Shown one piece after another: positions 39,918 to 49,888 of a stretch of DNA of 64,000 bases. Origin of the DNA: Granulicella sp. (GTDB lineage Bacteria > Acidobacteriota > Terriglobia > Terriglobales > Acidobacteriaceae). The stretch is from positions 17,559 to 81,558 of the forward strand of contig DAHXNO010000186.1 of NCBI GenBank assembly GCA_027365345.1. The letters run 5' to 3'. How positions within the stretch are numbered: the stretch's first letter is position 1; each line of letters begins with the position of its first letter. A program made the translations under genes and the position numbers. A model generated the notes under the pieces. It was not told where the DNA came from. It made no database searches and saw only the letters and a list, made by a program, of their open reading frames with translations.

Positions 39918-40168
39918 GGTTCAATCCAGTGGGGCACAAGTAGGAAGACCAGGCGTTTCACCCCGTTTCGACCCGTCGAATCCGGGTGAAACGCCTGGTG
40001 CAACGATCGGTGGGACGAGCAGGCCCTCCACCCTTGCTGTGGGGCGAGGGAGAGGCGCCTGACTTTGATGACCACAAGCAGCACAAGCACTGCTTTCCAG
40101 CCGCATATAAGATTGTAGACAGGGAGACCCTTTGCCTCCGCAGCGGGTCTGTCCAAGGGAGACAAGGA

Positions 40169-42853
40169 ATGGCGACGCAGTTGGAAGAGGCGGCGAAGCA
40201 GGATTATTCGGCCGAGGTAGAGGAGTGGATTGAGGCGTTCGACCAGGTGATCGCGCATGACTGGGAACAGGGCGCCGCTCTGCTCTCCGCACTGCGAACG
40301 CGCGCGCGCGAGGCTGGCGTGCCCGCCACTGGAACCATCACCACGCCCTTTTGCAACACCATCCCCAAGTACGATGAGGTTCCCTACCCTGGCGATCGCA
40401 AGCTGGAGCGCAGGGTGGAGTCGCTGATCCGCTGGAACGCCATGGCCATGGTGCACCGGCAAAACAAAAAGGACGCCGGCATCGGCGGACACATCTCCAC
40501 TTACTCCTCGCTGGCCACCTTGCTGGAGGTCGGATTCAATCACTTCTTCCGCGCCCGGTATCCCAGCGCCAAGGGTGACCAGCCCGGCGACTTTATCTAC
40601 TTCCAGGGCCACGCATCGCCGGGCATCTACGCGCGGGCGTTTCTGGAGGGGCGGCTGGATGAAGAGCACCTGAAGAACTACCGCCATGAACTGCGCGAGC
40701 ATCCGGGGCTCTCCAGCTATCCTCACCCGTGGCTGATGAAGGACTTCTGGCAGTTCCCCACCGTCTCCATGGGGCTTGGTCCGCTCAACGCCGTCTATCA
40801 GGCGCGCTTTATGCGCTACCTGGAGAACCGCGGACTGATTGAAAAGACCGAGCGCAAGATCTGGGCGTTTGTGGGGGATGGCGAGACCGACGAGGTGGAG
40901 ACGCTGGGCGCGCTCTCGCTGGGCTCACGCGAGCATCTGGACAACCTGATCTTTGTGGTCAACTGCAATCTGCAGCGGCTGGACGGCCCCGTGCGCGGCA
41001 ACAAGCGCATCATCGACGAGTTGGAGAGCACCTTCCTGGGCGCGGGATGGAACGTGATCAAGGTGATCTGGGGCGCGGACTGGGATGAGCTGTTCGCGCG
41101 CGACCACAAGGGGCTTTTGCTCAAGCGCATGGAAGAGTGCGTGGATGGAGACTTCCAGGCTTATAAGGCCAAAGGCGGAGCCTATCTGCGCGAGCACTTC
41201 TTTGGCAAGTATCCGGAGTTGCTGGAGCTGGTGAAGGACAAGACCGATGACCAGATCATCCGTCTGCACCGCGGCGGGCACGATCCCGCCAAGATCTACA
41301 ACGCCTACAAGCGCGCGCTGGAGCACACCGGAGCCCCTACCGCCATCCTGGCCATGACCGTCAAGGGCTACGGACTGGGGTCAGCGCAGGCGCGAAACGC
41401 CACCCACTCAGAGAAGAAGCTCAGCGATGAGGCTTTGGTGCAGTTTGTTCATACCTTTGACATCCCTCTACCCGATGAAGCCGTGAAGGATGCCACCTTC
41501 TACCGGCCCGAACCCGTCGATCCCGCAATCCAGTACATGCAGGCCAGACGGCAGGATCTGGGCGGTTATCTTCCCATGCGCGAAACGCCCCAACCGACCC
41601 TGGCAGCGCCCCGTCTGGAGTTCTTCAAGGAGTGGCTGGACGGCTCGCGTGGCCGCGCCGTCTCCACCACCATGGGTTTTGTCAGCATGCTGCGCGGCCT
41701 GCTGAAAGATCCGGCGATCGGGAGGCTGATTGTACCCATCGTGCCCGACGAAGCGCGCACCTTCGGGTTGGAGTCGGCGATCAAACAGGTGGGGATCTAC
41801 GCCCACGAGGGGCAGAAGTACATCCCCCACGACTCTGACATGCTGTTGAGCTACCGGGAGGAAAAGGGCGGGCAGATTCTTGAGGAAGGCATTACCGAGG
41901 CCGGTGCGATGGCCAGCTTTACCGCAGCGGGAACAGCCTATGCCAACTACCACCTGCCCATGGTGCCGTTCTACATGTACTACTCGATGTTTGGCTTCCA
42001 GCGCGTGGGCGACATGGCCTGGGCGTTTGCGGACTCCCGCGGCAAAGGATTCCTGATGGGAGGCACTGCGGGACGCACCACCATGCTGGGGGAGGGCCTG
42101 CAGCACCAGGACGGCCACTCGCCCGTGCTGGCTGCAACCATTCCCACCTGCATCACCTACGACGCGGCCTTTGTGTATGAGATGGCGGTGATCCTGCAGG
42201 ATGGCCTGCACCGGATGTATGAGAAGGGCGAAGACGCCTTCTATTACATCACCATGTACAACGAAGATTACCCCATGCCCGCCATGCCTGAAGGCGAGGG
42301 TGTGCGCGAGGGGATTCTGCGCGGCATCTACCGCTTCAAGGCGGCTCCAAAGGGATCTGCGAAGGCGCAACTCCTGGGCAGCGGACCGATCCTGAATGAG
42401 GCGCTGCGCGCCCAGCAGATCCTGGCCGAGCGTTATCACCTGGCCGCCGACGTCTGGAGCGTCACGAGCTACAACGAGCTACGTCGCGACTGCCTGGAAG
42501 TAGAGCGGTGGAACCGGCTTCACCCAGCCGAATCGGAACGTACTCCCTTCGTCGTCCAGGCGCTCGCCGGTACGCAAGGTCCGATTGTGGCTGCCAGCGA
42601 CTACATGATGTCGCTGCCGGACGGACTCTCTCCCTGGCTCCCCGGAAGGCTGGTGTCGCTGGGCACGGACGGCTTTGGACGCGCCGACAATCGCCAGCGG
42701 CTGCGCCGCCACTTTGAGGTGGATGCGGAGTCGATCGTCGCCGCCACGCTCTCCCGGCTGGCGCGCACCGGCGCAGTGAAGCCGGCCGTGGCGGAGAAGG
42801 CCTTCGCCGAGCTGGGCCTGGCCACTGATGGTCCCGGGCCATTCCGATCCTAG
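40169..42853 (+). CDS. aceE: Pyruvate dehydrogenase E1, homodimeric type
   Basis: RWNAMAMV, GGHISTYSS, QGHASPG, SYPHP, GDGETDE TPP motif, GEGLQHQDG; AAGGA RBS before ATG 40169. Confidence 0.95.
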   Translation: MATQLEEAAKQDYSAEVEEWIEAFDQVIAHDWEQGAALLSALRTRAREAGVPATGTITTPFCNTIPKYDEVPYPGDRKLERRVESLIRWNAMAMVHRQNKKDAGIGGHISTYSSLATLLEVGFNHFFRARYPSAKGDQPGDFIYFQGHASPGIYARAFLEGRLDEEHLKNYRHELREHPGLSSYPHPWLMKDFWQFPTVSMGLGPLNAVYQARFMRYLENRGLIEKTERKIWAFVGDGETDEVETLGALSLGSREHLDNLIFVVNCNLQRLDGPVRGNKRIIDELESTFLGAGWNVIKVIWGADWDELFARDHKGLLLKRMEECVDGDFQAYKAKGGAYLREHFFGKYPELLELVKDKTDDQIIRLHRGGHDPAKIYNAYKRALEHTGAPTAILAMTVKGYGLGSAQARNATHSEKKLSDEALVQFVHTFDIPLPDEAVKDATFYRPEPVDPAIQYMQARRQDLGGYLPMRETPQPTLAAPRLEFFKEWLDGSRGRAVSTTMGFVSMLRGLLKDPAIGRLIVPIVPDEARTFGLESAIKQVGIYAHEGQKYIPHDSDMLLSYREEKGGQILEEGITEAGAMASFTAAGTAYANYHLPMVPFYMYYSMFGFQRVGDMAWAFADSRGKGFLMGGTAGRTTMLGEGLQHQDGHSPVLAATIPTCITYDAAFVYEMAVILQDGLHRMYEKGEDAFYYITMYNEDYPMPAMPEGEGVREGILRGIYRFKAAPKGSAKAQLLGSGPILNEALRAQQILAERYHLAADVWSVTSYNELRRDCLEVERWNRLHPAESERTPFVVQALAGTQGPIVAASDYMMSLPDGLSPWLPGRLVSLGTDGFGRADNRQRLRRHFEVDAESIVAATLSRLARTGAVKPAVAEKAFAELGLATDGPGPFRS

Positions 42854-43187
42854 CGGTAACCAGACGGTTGACGGCTCTGGGTCCTTCCATCCGCGCCGCG
42901 CAGCCGAAGGCAACGCATCCGGAATCTGGCGACCAGTTCCGTGCGAGCGACAGCGCGGTCGGCTCCAGGTTCGATATGATCGTCGCTGGAGTCCTCTCCT
43001 GGGTGGTGTATCGGAGCCTAGAAGCCGCAAAGATTGAAGTCGCTCAGCTTGGCTGCAAAGTCTGGAAGTCGTAGAGCTCGGAAGTCGAGGGAGGTCTTTC
43101 CGCAGGAAAGATCTCCCTGCCGTTCCGCTCGGCAACACCAATCCCGAAGAAAATCTCTCTACTTCACGCTTCGAAAGGCCCTTCGGC

Positions 43188-43934
43188 TTGTCTGAAAATC
43201 CGCTTTTACCTGATAGCAAGCTCCGTGAACTGCACGCCCTGATGCTGCGCTGCCGCACGCTGGAGCGTGCGCGGAAACAGAAGAGCCCGCAGCGTGAGGC
43301 GCTGCTAGCTGCAACCGCCATTCATCTTCAGTCCGGCGACCTGGTAAGCGCGGCCCCGGAAGACCGTACCCTTGGCGACCTGACGGTAGAGGATGCGAAC
43401 CATACGGGCGCAGGACAGGCCTACGCCAGCCTTGTCACCCCAGCTCTGGCCGGCGCCGCTGTTCCCACGGGTCTGCTGCTCAGTGCGGCTGCGGCGCGGG
43501 GAATACAGGCTGCAGGCAGCCCCGGCGTTGTGGTCTCCCTGTGCCATTCCGGCGCTTTCGATCCGGGATGGCGACAGGCGCTGGAGTGGGCCTGTAACGC
43601 CAAATTACCGCTGCTGACCACCTGCATCGATGCAACCGGAGGCGCTCCCTTCCGCCGCAGCCGGCGCAAGCAACCATCACTCACCTATACCTCCATGATC
43701 ACCATGGCTCGAAGATGGAGGTTGCCCGTGTTGACCGTGGACGGCGAAGATGCCGTGGCCATGTATCGCGTGATGCAGGAGTGCGTCCATCGAGCCCGCA
43801 TGGGCGACGGGCCCGCGGTGATCTGGGCAGTGCTCACACCCCCGGCAGCGCTCTCCCGGATGCCGGTCTCCGCCCAGCCCCTGGCGCGGCTGCGCGGGTA
43901 TATGGCCGCGCGCAAGATCGCTCGGAAGACTTGA
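43188..43934 (+). CDS. Degenerate dehydrogenase E1-alpha-like protein
   Basis: L.ELH.LML.CR.LE, AL.WA...KLP, VDGEDAVAMYRV..E...RAR.G.GPA.I and PLARLR.Y segments follow the E1-alpha layout, but there is no GDG...N motif; TTG start. Confidence 0.7.
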   Translation: MSENPLLPDSKLRELHALMLRCRTLERARKQKSPQREALLAATAIHLQSGDLVSAAPEDRTLGDLTVEDANHTGAGQAYASLVTPALAGAAVPTGLLLSAAAARGIQAAGSPGVVVSLCHSGAFDPGWRQALEWACNAKLPLLTTCIDATGGAPFRRSRRKQPSLTYTSMITMARRWRLPVLTVDGEDAVAMYRVMQECVHRARMGDGPAVIWAVLTPPAALSRMPVSAQPLARLRGYMAARKIARKT

Positions 43935-44060
43935 GATCGCTGCACCCGCCAGGGCGAGCCCGGAAACGCCTGTGCGCGCCGCAGCCTCGGCCCGTCAACG
44001 CGCGGTTCCGTTTTGGAACGGACGAGCCCAAAAAGGGAAGTTTCCCATTACACTCAAGGC

Positions 44061-46061
44061 ATGTCCTTCCCCGGAATCCGTGAGCGCATCGCCATCTCAC
44101 TCTGCTCGGGCGCAACCATCTGGCTTCTTCTGTTGGCCGGCCCAAATGCGATGGCGCAGCAGCAGCTTCCGCCCCCCGTCCCCACGCAGAACTCGCATCA
44201 GCCCGCAGTACCGCCGGCTGCTTCGAAGCAGAACCAGAAGGTGTCTTACCCCGCCATACCGGCGGCAATCTCGGTTCCCGGCTCCTCCCTGCCGGCGATT
44301 CCGCCGTATGCTCCCAAGGCTCCCCGGCCGCCCGATGACACGCTGGGCTCGGCCTACATTCCGGTGGACAGCATGGTATACCCCATGGCGCTGCGGCTCT
44401 ACTCCATGGGCTTTCTGGACACCGCCTTCATCAACATGCGGCCGTGGACGCGGCGCAGTCTTCTGCACATGCTGGAGCAGTCCGCCCCGGCTATTGTTGC
44501 GAGCGGCAACGACCAGGCCATCGACCTGCTCTCCCGGCTGGATGACTACATCCAGTCTGAGGGCGCTGGGGATCTGACCGGGCGTGTGCACCTGAACCGA
44601 GGGATGGTCTACGGTGTGCAGTCGGTCTACACCCGCATGATGGGCATCAGCGGGCAGACACTGCGGGACAGCTTCCACCTGGGCCAGACGATTGCCAATG
44701 ACTATGGCAGGCCCTACGAACCGGGATTCAACAACATCACGGGCTTTTCCACCCTGAATGAGTATTGGAGATTCTCGCTCTTTGTGCGCGGAGAGTACGA
44801 GTATTCCCCCTCCGGAGAGGGCTACTCCACCACTCCTTCGGGTAATCCACTGGCTCCAAATGGCCTGGCTGAGACTCTCTCCAACATCGACGAGATCCCC
44901 TACTCTGGCTTCAACCTGAATCAGGCCACGATCCCTGCAGGGTTCATCCCCACGCAGAACTACTTCCGCCTGCAGGAGGCGAATCTCTCTTTCCACGCGC
45001 TGAATCATGAGATATCGATTGGCAAATCCGACTCCTGGGACGGCCCCGCCTATGGCAGCGCCATGAATTGGAGTAACAACGCGGAAGACATATACTCCTT
45101 TCGCATCAATCGTGTGGAACCCCTCTACGTTCCCTTGTTGTCGCGCGTCCTGGGGCCGATGCGGTATGACTTTATGGTGGGCTCGCTGAAAGAGCACACC
45201 GCACCGAACGAACCCTGGGTCCACTCAGAGATGTTCAGCTTTGCACCCACGTCCAACTTTCAGTTCGCCTTTCAGCGCACCGTCATCTGGGGCGGCCATG
45301 GCCACGGATGCCTTGAGCCCAATGGAACCATCTATCCCTGCGATCAGCCCATTGACTTGCACACCTTCTTCAACAGCATGTTCTCCATCACGGACACCAA
45401 CGCGGCACTGAAGTACTCGGTGAATGATCCTGGTGCCCGGTTCAGCGACTTCAGCTTCTCCTGGCGCGTGCCCTTCATGCGCCGCCATATTACGCTCTAT
45501 ACCGACTCCATCTCGCATGATGACGTATCCCCGATCAGCGCTCCCCGCCGTGCTGCCTACCGGCCGGGCATCTATCTCTCTCAAGTTCCCGGGTTGCCCC
45601 GGCTGGACCTGAGAGTGGAGGGCGTAAGTACGGACTGTTCCACCAATGCCTGCGTGAACGGGTCCATGAACTATTGGGAAGTCATCCAAAGGCAGGGCTA
45701 TACCAACAAGGGAATGATCATGGGCGACTGGATTGGTCGCGAGGCTATGGGTGGTCAGGCGTGGCTCACCTACCATCTATCCGGCAATGAGTGGATTCAG
45801 CTTGAGTACCTGAAGAAGCGAACCCCAACCGACTTCATCCCCGGCGGAACATCGCAGAATCAGTACACCGTCAACGTGATCAAGCGGTTCCACAAGGATG
45901 TGGAGCTTCATGCATGGCTGCAAAGTGAACGTTGGAAGGCCCCCATCTACCTGCAAAACCCGGGCAACAGCCCACACTACGACAACGTGATCTCCTTCAG
46001 CCTGACCTGGTTCCCGGCACTGCACACAATCGACCCGGGACCCGGCGCCAATTCGCACTAA
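44061..46061 (+). CDS. Capsule-assembly Wzi-family outer-membrane protein
   Basis: Signal peptide, Pro-rich linker, RPWTR, IGKSDSWDGP..GSAM.WSNNA, GDWIG and a beta-strand-rich C-terminus. Confidence 0.78.
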   Translation: MSFPGIRERIAISLCSGATIWLLLLAGPNAMAQQQLPPPVPTQNSHQPAVPPAASKQNQKVSYPAIPAAISVPGSSLPAIPPYAPKAPRPPDDTLGSAYIPVDSMVYPMALRLYSMGFLDTAFINMRPWTRRSLLHMLEQSAPAIVASGNDQAIDLLSRLDDYIQSEGAGDLTGRVHLNRGMVYGVQSVYTRMMGISGQTLRDSFHLGQTIANDYGRPYEPGFNNITGFSTLNEYWRFSLFVRGEYEYSPSGEGYSTTPSGNPLAPNGLAETLSNIDEIPYSGFNLNQATIPAGFIPTQNYFRLQEANLSFHALNHEISIGKSDSWDGPAYGSAMNWSNNAEDIYSFRINRVEPLYVPLLSRVLGPMRYDFMVGSLKEHTAPNEPWVHSEMFSFAPTSNFQFAFQRTVIWGGHGHGCLEPNGTIYPCDQPIDLHTFFNSMFSITDTNAALKYSVNDPGARFSDFSFSWRVPFMRRHITLYTDSISHDDVSPISAPRRAAYRPGIYLSQVPGLPRLDLRVEGVSTDCSTNACVNGSMNYWEVIQRQGYTNKGMIMGDWIGREAMGGQAWLTYHLSGNEWIQLEYLKKRTPTDFIPGGTSQNQYTVNVIKRFHKDVELHAWLQSERWKAPIYLQNPGNSPHYDNVISFSLTWFPALHTIDPGPGANSH

Positions 46062-46148
46062 CTCTCCGCCGGCCGCGGTGGTTTGGCGCCAGGAAGCAGG
46101 CAGCGGCAGCCAGCGGGAGCCGTAGCTTGTCCCGAGCGCGGAATAACC

Positions 46149-48002
46149 TTATGGAACCAGCGGCATCAGCCACGGATTGTCAGGACGCGAGTCGCTGTTG
46201 AGATGACTGATCCCATTCGGACAGTTCACTCCTTCGCGGATTCCAGTGAGTTGCTCGTCTCTGGATATCAGTCCGGTGGCATAGCAGCTTCCAAGGGAGT
46301 CTCGAAACTGCACGATCTCCTGGCCGGACTGGCTGGAGTCAAAGTTGCTGCGATCCAGCGGCGGCGGAATCGTCTCGCCATACTCCCGATCGCTTGACCG
46401 CAGGTTCTCATCAAGATCGGCGTGGTAGAAGGCTCCTGAAGCTGCGACTTGATCCAACGTGATCCGATGCCCTTGCCATACCGACACTTGCGCAGTGAAG
46501 TCCTGGCCCTTGGTCACCATGGTTTTGTGCACCACCAGACTCAAGGGATCCCACTGCCGGAGGACAAAGTTCTGCATGCGCTTGCCGTTGAGTTCGCGGT
46601 CGACATTCATGGAGGTGACGGTATTCTGCCGGATCATCTGGTCGTATTGCTTCGCCCCAGGCCGCATGAAGGTCTGGTCGTTCAGGAACTTCTCCTGGTA
46701 ACTGACCGTGGTCACCAGGTTTCCGCGCTGCGTTCGCAGTACGCCGCGGATGCGATAGGTCTGGGTTCCATGGGTCTGAAGCGTGCCGACGATGGCTCCC
46801 TTGGCATCCGCATGGAGCGTACTCTGCACGGAGATGCCGGCAGGCTGCGTCTGGCTCAAGGTATCCTCCAGCAACTCTCCACTGAGTTGCTTGCCGCCGG
46901 GCTCCTGATAGACCAGCAGAGTAGCCGCCACGTTGAAGAAGTGATCCGCGCCCAGCACGCGCACGCCGACCGAATGCGGCCGGCCATCATCCAACACTCC
47001 CGCGAATGGAGTGAGATCCACGCGGAAGGGCAGAAAGCTGGTGGTCTGAATGCCCGGTGTCGGCAGCCAGAGGTGGGGACCGATCCCGCCAGCAAAGATC
47101 CACGGATAGACCGGAGCCAGCCCTGCCGGCCTTCCATCCACCAGCACTTCGACGCCACGAAAGCTGCCGCCGTCGCAAGCCTCGAACGCCTCCAGGGAGT
47201 AGTCGCGGGTCTGTTCCAGGTAGCGCCTGTCAACGCAGGTATACCAGCGTTCATCGTGGGACTGACTCTGGGCTATCACGTCCAGAGAGGCGCGTTCCAC
47301 GTTGCGCGGAAGGGTAAACCGGCGGGAGAGGATCTCGTCCGGAGTCTGCAAGGACGCTTGTTCCCCAGCCGGGTTACCGCTAAGGGATAAGACCTGATCC
47401 GCCACCTGGGGCGCGGGCTGGCCGGGCGGGACCGGGTAGAAGAGCAAGGCAGCCGTTACATAGATCGGCTGGTTGGTGGTCGGGCTGATCCAGTTGTTGA
47501 GCAGGATCTGCCCGGTTTGCGCCCCCCGGAAGAGAGCCGAGTAGCCGGTGAGGTCCCGCTCCACATGCCAGTGCTGGGCCAGATCAGGCTCCGGCTCCAT
47601 GGTGGCGCCCAGGTAGATGTTTACCCCGCCAAGCCAGATTGCAGCCGTGCGGTCAAATTGGCGTCCGGCCGGAACGGAGAAGTCCACTGTGAGCACAACC
47701 TTGGACCACGCGCCGGGACACCTGCCAGGAGGAACAAAGTGGAAGCGGTGGGCGTGGGCCACCATGGAGGAGCCATTGCCATGATCCGCAAAGGCCTGAT
47801 TTTGCACCAGTGTGACGGCACATGGCACGGTGGATGGTCGGGAGACAGGCGGTTCCGCCGAGGCGACGACCCGCGATCCAAGTTGCAAGGAAGCGCTTGG
47901 CGCAGGTTCCGCCGCCTGTGCTCTGGCCGTAGCCGACGCAACGCATATTGAGAGCAACCCACCCACGACAGCCGGCGCAAGCCAGGCTCGCCCAAAGTTC
48001 AT
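46149..48002 (-). CDS. Peptide-N4-(N-acetyl-beta-glucosaminyl)asparagine amidase A (PNGase A)-family protein
   Basis: Signal peptide; AEPPV.RP.T.PC.V.L, PP..CPG.WSKVVL, GRQFDRT and P.PG.QT..F.PFRVDLTPFAG.L.DG.PH segments. Confidence 0.82.
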   Translation of the reverse strand: MNFGRAWLAPAVVGGLLSICVASATARAQAAEPAPSASLQLGSRVVASAEPPVSRPSTVPCAVTLVQNQAFADHGNGSSMVAHAHRFHFVPPGRCPGAWSKVVLTVDFSVPAGRQFDRTAAIWLGGVNIYLGATMEPEPDLAQHWHVERDLTGYSALFRGAQTGQILLNNWISPTTNQPIYVTAALLFYPVPPGQPAPQVADQVLSLSGNPAGEQASLQTPDEILSRRFTLPRNVERASLDVIAQSQSHDERWYTCVDRRYLEQTRDYSLEAFEACDGGSFRGVEVLVDGRPAGLAPVYPWIFAGGIGPHLWLPTPGIQTTSFLPFRVDLTPFAGVLDDGRPHSVGVRVLGADHFFNVAATLLVYQEPGGKQLSGELLEDTLSQTQPAGISVQSTLHADAKGAIVGTLQTHGTQTYRIRGVLRTQRGNLVTTVSYQEKFLNDQTFMRPGAKQYDQMIRQNTVTSMNVDRELNGKRMQNFVLRQWDPLSLVVHKTMVTKGQDFTAQVSVWQGHRITLDQVAASGAFYHADLDENLRSSDREYGETIPPPLDRSNFDSSQSGQEIVQFRDSLGSCYATGLISRDEQLTGIREGVNCPNGISHLNSDSRPDNPWLMPLVP

Positions 48003-48141
48003 CTTGATCGATCCACCCTATTCAGGACTGAGGCGATGCATCTGGCGTCTGCCGGAACACGCGGCGCGCCATGCGTATGCCAACGCTTCAAGTCTAACAA
48101 CTTCGCAGAGTTGGAAGATCCGGCCTGTCGGCGACCTCTCT

Positions 48142-49326
48142 CTACGCTCGGTCTTCCACGCGGCCGCCGTGCTTGAGCTTGTAGATCTTTCCCCGATAGT
48201 AAAAGTTCTCGCCACCGTAACTGCGCAGCCAGAGGACGCTTCCAAGCAAATCCCGCAGCGGATAGATCAGGGAGTTGTAGAGCAGGTCCGGATCCCCCAG
48301 CGCGCCCAGGATCGCCAGCGCCTGAAGCCACCGATTGGCCACCATGGCCGCCAGCCACAAGAACCCGAGCAAGGCATGCCCCGTCACCAGGCCCCACGCC
48401 AGGCCCAGCAAACCAAAGGGCATGGCGAAGGTGAGCCCGCTGCCCAGATGTCCCCAGGGACGGGAGCGCCGCGTGCTCTGCATCCATCGCAGTTGATTGC
48501 GGAAGCTCAGCCAAAAGGGCGAATTCTGCACCATCAGCCGGATAACATAGGTGGCCATGCGCACGCCCGTCCCCTGCGCCGCCAGCCGATTGCCAATCAC
48601 AAAGTCATCGGCGTAGAACTGCCCCAGATCCGCGAATCCGCCTACGTCCTGGAAGCTCTTTTTGCGAACGGCCATGGTGGCTCCCAGAGCAAACTTTGTT
48701 CCCTCCAGCATGTCTGCCACCAGCACCCCGGAGCTCATCTCTACGCTCTTGCCCACCGCATCCAGTTGCGAGGCGAACCCTGCGCCCGGGTGAGCCGTAC
48801 CAAGGTAGACGCAGCTCGCCAAACCCATCTTCGGATCCTTGAGCGTCTGCACCATGCGCAGAAGATAGTCTTTGCGCACGCGAACATCGGCATCACTGGT
48901 CACATACAGGTCATTCTTCGCCACCGAATCCATTTTGGCCAGGGAGAAGACCTTGGCATTGTGAAACTGCGGTGTTGGCTCGCCGCAGGTAACGAATCGC
49001 GCAGCCACGCCCGGGTACCGCGTCCCTACCTCCCGCGCCAGTTGCAACCCCGCATCACTCTCCTGCCGCGCACAGAAGAGCAGCTCCCACTCCCCGGGAT
49101 ACTCCTGCTCAAAGAAGGAGGCAAGGTTCTGCTCCAACCCGTCTTCGGTTCCATGCAGCGGTTTCAGCATGCTGACCGCGGGCAGAAAATCGGCTGGAGC
49201 GCTCTGTTCGCGGCGCTTGCGCAGCCAGAATCGAGCCGCCGCCACAACCACCATCCCACAGTAGATGGATGAGGTGACTGACCCCACCACCGCCATCCAG
49301 AACAAGAGCTGAACAAAAGACCTCAT
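48142..49326 (-). CDS. GT21/ceramide-glucosyltransferase-like enzyme, HpnI-like
   Basis: VSMLKPLHG, NAKV..L, SDADVRV, ADDF.IG and Q.RW motifs; N- and C-terminal TMs; start ATG 49326. Confidence 0.8.
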   Translation of the reverse strand: MRSFVQLLFWMAVVGSVTSSIYCGMVVVAAARFWLRKRREQSAPADFLPAVSMLKPLHGTEDGLEQNLASFFEQEYPGEWELLFCARQESDAGLQLAREVGTRYPGVAARFVTCGEPTPQFHNAKVFSLAKMDSVAKNDLYVTSDADVRVRKDYLLRMVQTLKDPKMGLASCVYLGTAHPGAGFASQLDAVGKSVEMSSGVLVADMLEGTKFALGATMAVRKKSFQDVGGFADLGQFYADDFVIGNRLAAQGTGVRMATYVIRLMVQNSPFWLSFRNQLRWMQSTRRSRPWGHLGSGLTFAMPFGLLGLAWGLVTGHALLGFLWLAAMVANRWLQALAILGALGDPDLLYNSLIYPLRDLLGSVLWLRSYGGENFYYRGKIYKLKHGGRVEDRA

Positions 49327-49429
49327 CGCACCATGCCAGATCAAAGTCGCGCCGCAGTCCCCGGTGACCCACCCGCAGCCGGCTCCAAAGATTAGTCTAC
49401 GCGACGGCTGGATCTCTTTGTCCCACGGG

Positions 49430-49807
49430 CTACGCTCTACTGCCCGGCCGCTTGCGCAAGGGCACCAGCCCAGGCTGGGGCGGCTCCTGCTGTATCCGGG
49501 TGAGCATCTCGGTTCGGACATACTCCACGAACCCCTGCATCTGCCGGGTCATCTCTTCCATGCGCTCGCGCATCTGCAGCACCAGGGCGATGCCGGCCAT
49601 GTTCACGCCCATATCGCGCGCCAGGCTGAGGATAAATTCAAGGCGCTCCAGATCCTGATCCGTGTACAGGCGAGTGTTCCCATCCGACCGTGATGGCCGC
49701 AGCAGCCCCTCCCGCTCATAAAGCCGCAGCGTCTGCGGATGGATCCCATACATCTCTGCCACCGCCGAGATCATGTACGCGCCCTTGGACTTCCGTTTCG
49801 TAGCCAT
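49430..49807 (-). CDS. hspR: MerR-family heat-shock repressor HspR
   Basis: YMISAVAEMYGIHPQTLRLYEREGLLRPSRSDGNTRLY...GVN.AG; AAAGGAG RBS; proximity to dnaJ. Confidence 0.88.
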   Translation of the reverse strand: MATKRKSKGAYMISAVAEMYGIHPQTLRLYEREGLLRPSRSDGNTRLYTDQDLERLEFILSLARDMGVNMAGIALVLQMRERMEEMTRQMQGFVEYVRTEMLTRIQQEPPQPGLVPLRKRPGSRA

Positions 49808-49888
49808 CGCCTGAAGAATATCTCCTTTCCCGAATGTATGGGCAAGTGCTGGACGTCGATCCCCGGTTCGGCATCAAATAAGCCACAT

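Noticed and set aside
39986-40168. Long N-terminal extensions in the ORF track (aceE, argJ, moaDE, STAS, UDG, gmk, HpnI-like)
   Set aside because: Family homology and RBS positions start downstream; the extensions are upstream alternative start codons.
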